A program made the position numbers and the translations under genes. Shown piece after piece: positions 58,001-64,000 of a DNA stretch of 64,000 nt (the first letter of the stretch is position 1; each line of letters opens with the position of its first letter). Below the pieces are notes generated by a model. That model saw only the letters and a list, made by a program, of their open reading frames with translations. It was not told the origin of the DNA and searched no databases. This stretch comes from an uncultured Pseudobdellovibrionaceae bacterium (GTDB lineage Bacteria; Bdellovibrionota; Bdellovibrionia; Bdellovibrionales; JAGQZY01), in NCBI GenBank assembly GCA_964588335.1, contig CAZPOV010000003.1, positions 148,125-212,124 of the forward strand, written 5' to 3'.

Positions 58001-59209
58001 ATCGATCATTCCACCCCAAACAATAGCGCTTCCCCAAAGGATTTCACCGGTTTTGATGTTGGTATTCACCAAACCGATACCAAGAGGGGCACCCATAGAG
58101 AGCTCTGGGTCGGCGACAAAATTAATACTGGGACAACGCATATCAAAGACGTAATCATAGGTTTTGTCTGATACAACAAAACCAACCTGTCCGTCTTTAA
58201 GAGCTCCAATCTTGCGCAAGGTCTTGTTGACCTCGGCGATCACTTCTTCTCCTATCTTTCTATATCTTCCATCCTCAGGGAATCCATTCAGACACATCTT
58301 AATGGGTTTTGAGAAGTCCCAGTGAGCCGCGTAATTTTTTTCGTTCATACCATCTTCACGAGTCCCAAGAATATGCAGAATGTTCATATTCTGAGAGACA
58401 GTGTCTGGATCGTAGGCTGTGACTTTAAAACCTTTGGTTCCTTCGAACTCTAGGAAATTAAAACGAATCTCATGTTGAACGTCAGACCCAAACACACTAG
58501 ACGTTAGAGTGCCTGTGTAAGCAAAAAAGTTCTTACCGTTTTCATCTTGCGACAATTCAATATCGTGAACGTCGTGAACTCGTCCTCCGTTTAGAGGATG
58601 ATAGGTTCCGAAAAGAATAAGAGGGTCTTTTTCTCTATTTGTATAGTTAATATTTTTGATGTCGAGGTCCATATACGGCTGCAGCTGCCAGTTCTTTCGA
58701 TCAGAAACTTTGGCAAATCGATTCAACTCGCGACCTCTTGAATCCACGTCTTTTTCATAAAAATAGTGCTTTGTGATTGGAATCACAAAAAGAGTCTGCC
58801 AATCCGCAACATTCGGCTTGTCGACGTTGACCTCAAGAGCTTCAAGTCCTGAACCATCCTCAGTGATTCTAAAAACCATGTTACAGTGACGAGTATTATA
58901 AGGGGCTCCGGTCAGACCACCGACATTTTTAAATTTTCCGCTCTGCCGAACCGGCGCCCAACCACACAGCCATGTTTTATCTTCATAAGCCCATTCATTG
59001 GTTTCCTGGTTGATCTTAATACCAAAGAAAGATTTCTTTGCCGACAGAACACCATTTTGAACTTTTCCAAAAACCGAGGATTGCTCAAGTCCAGGAACCG
59101 GGTTTTCCTCTTCCGGGGTCACATAAGTGCATTGGCTCAAGAATAAGTAGGCGAGCGCCAGTACACTTATTGCGATGGTGGATTTTAGCTTTAGGGGAGT
59201 CCGCATCAT
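55082..59209 (-). CDS. 1375-aa secreted/lipoprotein metzincin-type zinc metalloprotease (DUF5117/DUF4953-like)
   Basis: HEVGHVLGMGH (plus-strand coordinates 57170-57202) is an HExxHxxGxxH motif, followed ~37 aa later by the SVMDY Met-turn. The upstream GAPLGIGLVNTNIKTGEILWGS block is typical of this family. The signal peptide ends FLSQC. Confidence 0.8.
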   Translation of the reverse strand: MMRTPLKLKSTIAISVLALAYLFLSQCTYVTPEEENPVPGLEQSSVFGKVQNGVLSAKKSFFGIKINQETNEWAYEDKTWLCGWAPVRQSGKFKNVGGLTGAPYNTRHCNMVFRITEDGSGLEALEVNVDKPNVADWQTLFVIPITKHYFYEKDVDSRGRELNRFAKVSDRKNWQLQPYMDLDIKNINYTNREKDPLILFGTYHPLNGGRVHDVHDIELSQDENGKNFFAYTGTLTSSVFGSDVQHEIRFNFLEFEGTKGFKVTAYDPDTVSQNMNILHILGTREDGMNEKNYAAHWDFSKPIKMCLNGFPEDGRYRKIGEEVIAEVNKTLRKIGALKDGQVGFVVSDKTYDYVFDMRCPSINFVADPELSMGAPLGIGLVNTNIKTGEILWGSAIVWGGMIDYLVNRESESPVDALARNTHEVLERIQSIKDQPYFSDINHQLEMPDITGMRPIGQHEELADDSKLKESFRAMLLTHVQAKIEAAGANASQASAMEQTELVRVLGIEDEAGQLQSHYQQASVIEQLTASGQNASQVLQSKIEELVNKKISEVVATVPNNLDSDVFPDFRNFRLEEQDYKQSLMQKSQLGVSAVYSDLEKEKRNSVISNENPEEVKRQLITDYKTMLRMDVDWDNTIADHYGEWLAQTSEMGYPEREEAAISVIKNVMLHEVGHVLGMGHQFKGNILPERGTIPETLYQEMSERVRSGKHYTSVMDYQSGQTEVSLKPEDVTLRSHDELVLQYLYNQKIATFEPGEDDFVMVDLPIDGSIPKTIIHQGRMRQVRYMPQCSDLEAWLATDPYCRRWDSGHDAPTIIDDNFDQFKDSFIKRMNSFTQATGGSDSYMSWRLWHDTYALMNYNRTFYDKMRFDMIDDLHRPSYAKVFYEMIADRDVLVQFSKACVDPLLASDDYQEDFAKLVLQPTATATGKLFETERRGGDYNSINRTLLNKYRGAMRSFGDKSYLDLSAEEKLDLENSLYADGVAFTELHKLCRANRKSLDHTKTLLSLPGYDHTEYDFEGSVIPTGLRGANARAQYNKVFGRYITLGILPLKLAALSVLTSPSSTMRYGYWNVSKPQYSGKKGNYSYYAFYPEEYTDIVKSSVENNMSFGGVDLGDKASLSLANLYMSYFLRRDNWLTRDNLHRGFDDIFLDDVKGQTNFRVSVSPVLFEAVVDQEISDSIIFGFTPKIFSRAKDGLITLPEAYILPHGNTVVRGTDGQIVMPLTKLRFIGPKTAYIWAVEVTYEPTRNGDPLQGFSVKSIIRTLSNKVLDDCMRGENGLASFFTKNNRTTDEEGEIKEEKFDGFTTSSNIAVSSLTQQQFENSVIEQFEKYNSLDGVRKPDQRECIESRKGLGLIGATALSLNGWILPQVFQYLE

Positions 59210-59366
59210 GGGATTTCATCCTTTCTTTTTTTATTAACACTTTTTAAGGTACACAAAATGTACCAAGTCTAAGTCACCGAAATGACAGTAAATATTATGC
59301 TTACAGCGCTCCAATAAATGGCTCCACCGTAAAATTGTCAGACACTTGTCCGCAGGTTGTCAGAAT

Positions 59367-60281
59367 TCAAAACGAATAGGTCACCCCACCCGAAATCAAG
59401 CGACGATATCGGTCAAACATCACCGGATCGATACTGTCGTTTTCTGGATATGATTGATTGAGATAGCTTAAGTAAAGTTGAAAACCCTGGACGTTGGCAA
59501 AAAGGGTGACATTGTTACCCATGACCGTTGTCCATTGACCATCAAGGTAGCGTTCAGCACTGGCATTAAAGCTGGTGCGCAACCCCAAAAAATTCCATGG
59601 AACGTAAGTGATTCCAAAAGAATTGGCGAGCAACCAATCGCGATTGATGAGATCAGTTGTAATTGAGTATTTTTGACTGTTCCACTGAAAGTGAGCCATC
59701 ATTCGATTGAATAGAATCATCTTATTCCAGCTGTATGAACTCATGAAGTTTGTCAAAGAAAGACTTCCGATGTGTTTATCAAAACGACTGACCTCACTGG
59801 TCGGTAAAGAGATATTGAAGGTATTGGAGCTGCGATTCACAAACGAAAGAGGCTTCATCTTGGAGTACACAACTCCAAAGTTCAGATTGGTAAATTGATG
59901 AAAAGGCTCGCTCGAAGTTTCGCGGACAATTCGACCGCCGTACGATTCATGAAGAACCCCAGCCGATGTGTAAGCACTCCAATGCTTATCAAAACCATAG
60001 GTGCCGGCGAGAGACAAAATATGACGGGTGGTTTTGATCTCGACTTGCTGTAACTGATCGTAAGTAAATCCATAGTTTGCGATCAGCCCAAAACGATTGG
60101 CCGGTGGCATGAAGTCCGATTGGTCCACACCCAGTTTGTTTTTTTCACTTTTCTTTGATTTTTTCTTATTATCTGTGATTTGAGTTTTGCTTTGGTTGGA
60201 CTTTTCTTCAGCAAACGCTGACGGCAATGACACCAGGCCACTCAGGAAAACTGCAATGAATGATTGAAATATAGGACGCAA
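59367..60281 (-). CDS. outer-membrane beta-barrel protein (small, ~14-16 strands predicted by eye)
   Basis: Signal peptide ...LPSAFA, alternating hydrophobic pattern, aromatic-rich sequence, and a C-terminal GGVTYSF ending in Phe. TTG start with a GGAGAGG RBS. Confidence 0.6.
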   Translation of the reverse strand: MRPIFQSFIAVFLSGLVSLPSAFAEEKSNQSKTQITDNKKKSKKSEKNKLGVDQSDFMPPANRFGLIANYGFTYDQLQQVEIKTTRHILSLAGTYGFDKHWSAYTSAGVLHESYGGRIVRETSSEPFHQFTNLNFGVVYSKMKPLSFVNRSSNTFNISLPTSEVSRFDKHIGSLSLTNFMSSYSWNKMILFNRMMAHFQWNSQKYSITTDLINRDWLLANSFGITYVPWNFLGLRTSFNASAERYLDGQWTTVMGNNVTLFANVQGFQLYLSYLNQSYPENDSIDPVMFDRYRRLISGGVTYSF

Positions 60282-60484
60282 AACCTCTCCACATTTTATT
60301 CGACTTGTACCCAGTTAAGAGATGCACAAAGCACGCCACGGCTAAGTTATTGATATTTCTGAAATTACAGAATTAAAAGTTGTACACCACTGACCATTTT
60401 CGCGCCCCCAAACCGCCAGCTCACTTTTTTTGACCGTCTAAAATCAGCTTCTTGACTCCTTCGAACAAGAGGCTAGAAACAACT

Positions 60485-60727
60485 ATGGTATTAAAAATGA
60501 TTCAACAATCGATCTATTTTACAAGATACGGGCTGGGGCTTTTGGGAATTGTTATTGGTATGGGAATGGTATTTCAAAGCGTTCTACCCATTCATCCAAG
60601 CTTTTTATTTCGGCTCGAAGGCGACACCGTTCCATTAATTTTTACCCATAGAGCTCTACTGGCTTTGGTTGGAGCCTGTATTTACATCACCGCCACCCAA
60701 TGCCTTCCTCTTGGGGAAAGGAAATAA
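60485..60727 (+). CDS. possible small 2-TM membrane protein
   Basis: Two hydrophobic segments (LGLLGIVIGMGMVF, ALLALVGACIYI). The RBS is weak. Confidence 0.3.
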   Translation: MVLKMIQQSIYFTRYGLGLLGIVIGMGMVFQSVLPIHPSFLFRLEGDTVPLIFTHRALLALVGACIYITATQCLPLGERK

Positions 60728-60730
60728 ACT

Positions 60731-61024
60731 TTAGAATGCCACCTCAACACCACTGTCATAAGTTTCCATTGAGGTGAATTCGATGCCTTGTTCCTGAGAG
60801 CTTTGATCGTCAGCTGACGCCACAAAGAAGGGAACGGTGCCAAACGGGCAGGGTGAATTCGGTCCGGTGACAGCTGTATAACCATCAGCACCATCCATAC
60901 AATACCATCCTGATACCGTGATCGTTGATTGACTTTCACTGGACTCACTTTGTAGGTCTTTTGGAGCATAGGCAAAGGACACATTGGCCAGCAACATTGA
61001 TAGAATAATGATCGTTTGTTTCAT
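60731..61024 (-). CDS. small secreted hypothetical protein
   Basis: Signal peptide MKQTIIILSMLLANVSFAYA and a GAGGAG RBS. It ends in ...VEVAF. Confidence 0.5.
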   Translation of the reverse strand: MKQTIIILSMLLANVSFAYAPKDLQSESSESQSTITVSGWYCMDGADGYTAVTGPNSPCPFGTVPFFVASADDQSSQEQGIEFTSMETYDSGVEVAF

Positions 61025-61352
61025 AGTAATCTCCTCACTAAAGTCAGTTCACAAATCATGCCAGGCTGCTGATTCACTCAGATCCAAATCAAAGTCTTTC
61101 GACGTGCCAGTGTTTCAGCGCAAATTGTTCGAGACGCTTTTTTTCGCAAATAAAAAATAGTTAGTGATTTCAGTATCCTGTAATATTTGCCTGAAATTTT
61201 TGTCAAAAAAATAGACGAAACCACCCCCTAAAACCTATTCACCTACGAAAGTTTTACCTAGTAAATTCAGCAACATAGACCATGGCCTGGTTTGTGTATC
61301 ATAATGGGGCACAAACAAACGGACATATTTAAAAACAAAAAGGCCTCAATCA

Positions 61353-62216
61353 GTGATCCAACTTTTCAAACATTTTAATCTGTTCCGAACCCTAGCGATC
61401 GGTGTTGGTTCACTTATGGCATGCAGCCTTTCGTTGGCCTCTTATGAAAACACCACACAATTAGGAATTAAGAAAAAAGAGAGTCAAATCAATCTAGTCA
61501 ACTCTTTTAGCTATCGCATGTCCTCGGATGCTTTTGATAGCAATGACCGCAAGGTCTTTAACCATGGTCTTGGTTACAATGGGACTCTGTTTTTTCTCGA
61601 TAAATATTATGCTAACGCTGGCTTAGCCGCCACTTATCACAGTGTTGATTCAACGATTATTCAACAAGATAACGGAACCTATCATTTAAGTGATGCTGTT
61701 ATCGGCTTAGGGACAAAAGGATTCCAACTCTACAAAGGCAACTCAGATAGCCTGTCTTTGTTTAATAATATCCGCAATGTTGTTCCTCTCAGTGATCGCA
61801 GTCGCAATGAAGGTTACAAGTCATTAACTTCTGTCTCCGGAGATTTGGCTTATCAGCGCGGCCCACTAAGCTTTGTTCTGACCGGGCAGTACAACTATGT
61901 CTTCAATTCGTTTGAAACCAATACCGATGGCTTATACAACTTACGATCGTCGTCCCTGGCTGGAGTCACAGCTCGTTACAATTACAAAAAACTTCGTCTG
62001 CAGTACTCTTACCGTTTTGGAGTGCTTGAATATATGGACGGCAATCGATTGGGCTCTTCAGGAAACACCCTTTCAATCATGGCATTATTTAATAAATCAT
62101 TATGGGCCGGCATTTCGACATCAAACTTGAGTTACGCTGAAGAACAGTATGTCGATGTTTGGTTTTATGACCCCTTTCGAAGAATTTATAACCTCACACT
62201 AGGAGTAACATTCTAA
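61353..62216 (+). CDS. outer-membrane beta-barrel protein, paralog of 59367..60281
   Basis: Signal peptide ...SLSLASY. The C-terminus DPFRRIYNLTLGVTF aligns with DRYRRLISGGVTYSF of the other barrel. Its stop overlaps the next ATG (TAATG). Confidence 0.6.
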   Translation: MIQLFKHFNLFRTLAIGVGSLMACSLSLASYENTTQLGIKKKESQINLVNSFSYRMSSDAFDSNDRKVFNHGLGYNGTLFFLDKYYANAGLAATYHSVDSTIIQQDNGTYHLSDAVIGLGTKGFQLYKGNSDSLSLFNNIRNVVPLSDRSRNEGYKSLTSVSGDLAYQRGPLSFVLTGQYNYVFNSFETNTDGLYNLRSSSLAGVTARYNYKKLRLQYSYRFGVLEYMDGNRLGSSGNTLSIMALFNKSLWAGISTSNLSYAEEQYVDVWFYDPFRRIYNLTLGVTF

Positions 62217-64000
62217 TGAGACTCATCCTAATAACAGCACTTTTCCTAAGCTTCGGCCTGACAGCATGTGACGTCAACAAGCGAGACCCCGAAACTCCAG
62301 CGCCCACTGTCAAAAGAGTGAAAAGCGATTTCTTTTTTGAATACAGTGCTGATCGTAGCACTTTCAAATCAAGACGGTTTTTATTTGGGATGGCGACTGA
62401 AGACAAAACCGGAGTCTACAGAGACATCACCATGGATCACTTTAACCACTACAGTTATGGAAGCTCCAATATTGAGTTTGACTTTAATGAAGAGGGGACC
62501 AAACTGATCGGACGTTTAGTCAACCCAACCTATCCTAATAATAAAAACAAGTGGCAGGTTCTATTAACCTTCGATGTGAGCCGTAGTTATTACCAAGAAA
62601 ATAGAGTCGATGGCAGTGGACGAACCAGTAACGACCAGATCGAAAGAACCGATCGCAGTCATCCTCACGCTCGAACCTATATCGATATTGAACTGAGTTC
62701 CTTAAGATTTGAAAACAATGTTCTGATTGGTCCCTATGCTGGCCTTGGCTTACGACAAATTCAAAAAATTGAAGATGTCGAATGGAGTATTGACGAAAAG
62801 TTCCTCGCCTTTACAGCCGTTTCAACCAACGTAGCCTTAGGATCCAATGCTCAAACTATTGACCGAGTGAATTTTTTGCGTATGGAGAAAAGACCAGATG
62901 ATTTCGAGGTCACGCGATACAATAAATTTAACGATGAACACGTGCAGATTCTTTACACCCTGGGCTCACGCCCTAACCACTATGGTGAAGATTTAAAGGC
63001 CGTGCACTGGGACATTAACGAGAAAACCAAAAAGACCCACACTATATATCTCCACAATTTCCCCTCTGAGTACCTGCAGATCGCTAAAGACTCTGTGGAA
63101 TCATGGAATGATACCTTCCAGGATGTAGTTGGTTATCGCCCTTTTAAAACGGAAGTTTGGGAAAGTAAGTATCACTTTGACCTTCGTCGCCATGTGATTC
63201 ACTGGGTGGATGACATCCGTCTGTCTGCCGCTGGTCCTCTTGGTGTTGCCAACATTGCCGCTGACGTTGAAACCGGACAGGTTCTGTGGACAGGCTCCAT
63301 TGTTTGGGGTGGATTGCTGGACCGCTACGCCGGTCGTTATGTGCCGTCTTCAAGCGTTGCAGGTTTTGCGTCCTATGCCAGCAATTCTCATAGTATGCAA
63401 AATCTTATTGCAGCCAATCGCAGCGCCTGGTCGACACCCTTGGCTCACCCCAGTTTAGAAACCTATTTTTCGGACTTTACTGATTACCTTACTGATCGAG
63501 TAACCGATCTGAATCAACGTGTGATTGAACAAAGAATTGAAGAGTACAATGCCGGTGTTGATGCCGCCGTTGAACGCAACGAGATCACGGAACAAGAGGC
63601 TACGATCAATAAACAACAGTTTGCTCTTGAGGCACGCAGCCCTGAGGACCTGTTCTCAGCCCAACAACAATTAAATACTCTGCGCGAGTCTCTGCAGATG
63701 GACCCGGTCAATGATGTTGACCTTGACGATGCCTATGCCGGCCTTCAACAAAGCCCGTTCACATTCAACCAAATGCTTGAGGAACTGGGAATGGAGACGT
63801 CGTCAACAGAAAACAACGCCCCTTTATATATGGGGATGATTGATCCTCAGTCTGAATTTTTCGAGCAATTGCCAGAAAATTTAAAAAACCGAGCCATGCA
63901 AGTACCCAATGGCTTTTACAAATACACCCATGATGGTGATTACTCGGCTTTTCAAGCCATTCAAAGTATCAATTCAGGCATAAGCGAGCTTTTAAGCTCT
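62216..64000 (+). CDS. metzincin-family lipoprotein paralog, N-terminal 595 codons (runs off the right edge; absent from ORF track)
   Basis: Hand translation is open from the ATG at 62216 to 64000. It has the lipobox FGLTAC. AAGPLGVANIAADVETGQVLWTGSIVWGGLLDRY aligns with GAPLGIGLVNTNIKTGEILWGSAIVWGGMIDYL of 55082..59209. Confidence 0.75.
   Translation, partial: MRLILITALFLSFGLTACDVNKRDPETPAPTVKRVKSDFFFEYSADRSTFKSRRFLFGMATEDKTGVYRDITMDHFNHYSYGSSNIEFDFNEEGTKLIGRLVNPTYPNNKNKWQVLLTFDVSRSYYQENRVDGSGRTSNDQIERTDRSHPHARTYIDIELSSLRFENNVLIGPYAGLGLRQIQKIEDVEWSIDEKFLAFTAVSTNVALGSNAQTIDRVNFLRMEKRPDDFEVTRYNKFNDEHVQILYTLGSRPNHYGEDLKAVHWDINEKTKKTHTIYLHNFPSEYLQIAKDSVESWNDTFQDVVGYRPFKTEVWESKYHFDLRRHVIHWVDDIRLSAAGPLGVANIAADVETGQVLWTGSIVWGGLLDRYAGRYVPSSSVAGFASYASNSHSMQNLIAANRSAWSTPLAHPSLETYFSDFTDYLTDRVTDLNQRVIEQRIEEYNAGVDAAVERNEITEQEATINKQQFALEARSPEDLFSAQQQLNTLRESLQMDPVNDVDLDDAYAGLQQSPFTFNQMLEELGMETSSTENNAPLYMGMIDPQSEFFEQLPENLKNRAMQVPNGFYKYTHDGDYSAFQAIQSINSGISELLSS

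Noticed and set aside
1-64000. A search by eye for CRISPR arrays, rRNA/tRNA genes, IS transposases, toxin-antitoxin pairs and known defence-system hallmarks (RT, TIR, Cas, restriction-modification motifs).
   Set aside because: I found no regularly spaced direct repeats, no cloverleaf-like sequences in the intergenic gaps I read, and no transposase or defence signatures in the ORF translations. The visual scan is not exhaustive; tRNAscan-SE, Infernal and a defence-system finder should be run.

Overview
This is a 64-kb chromosomal window from a moderate-GC Gram-negative bacterium. The fabF-rpiB-glyA gene order and the many giant lipoproteins suggest a Bdellovibrio/Bacteriovorax-like predator, but that is inference only. 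All domain calls come from motifs read by eye in the supplied translations; no HMM, BLAST or folding software was run.

Layout:
- (a) 1-10.1 kb, core genes: glyA (partial, off the left edge), rpiB, the rpmF-fabH-fabD-fabG-acpP-fabF cluster (no plsX), glutamate dehydrogenase and catalase.
- (b) 10.2-20.7 kb, an accessory-looking patch. It holds a lipoprotein ending in a Hedgehog-type 'GCF' Hint domain and a 131-nt structure with perfect 36-nt inverted arms. It also holds a RAP/DUF559-like nuclease gene broken into three frames, a 186-aa minimal tyrosine recombinase and a secreted ParB-like nuclease. A membrane-anchored HTH protein with palindromic operators and a 902-aa lipoprotein complete it.
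- (c) 20.9-33 kb, housekeeping genes: Leu dehydrogenase, yfgM-bamB-like pair, MscS plus a tandem-cNMP protein, DUF1684, a Tat-lipoprotein M48 protease, apt, an FMN reductase and hemB.
- (d) 33.1-42.2 kb, a tightly coupled 5-gene ion-transport cassette: CPA2-like, trkA, trkH, a 1409-aa CPA2/helical/P-loop ATPase/wHTH fusion, and a MscS-like protein.
- (e) 42.3-47.7 kb: YkuD_2 protein, glutaryl-CoA dehydrogenase, and a fused E1 alpha/beta 2-oxoacid dehydrogenase coupled to a FabD-like acyltransferase.
- (f) 47.7-64 kb, the most unusual locus. A minus-strand operon encodes a beta-barrel OMP, a 1375-aa metzincin lipoprotein and two paralogous ~1200-aa orphan lipoproteins. It is mirrored by a divergent plus-strand barrel + metzincin paralog pair that runs off the right edge.

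I could not recognise any rRNA, tRNA, CRISPR array or transposase.
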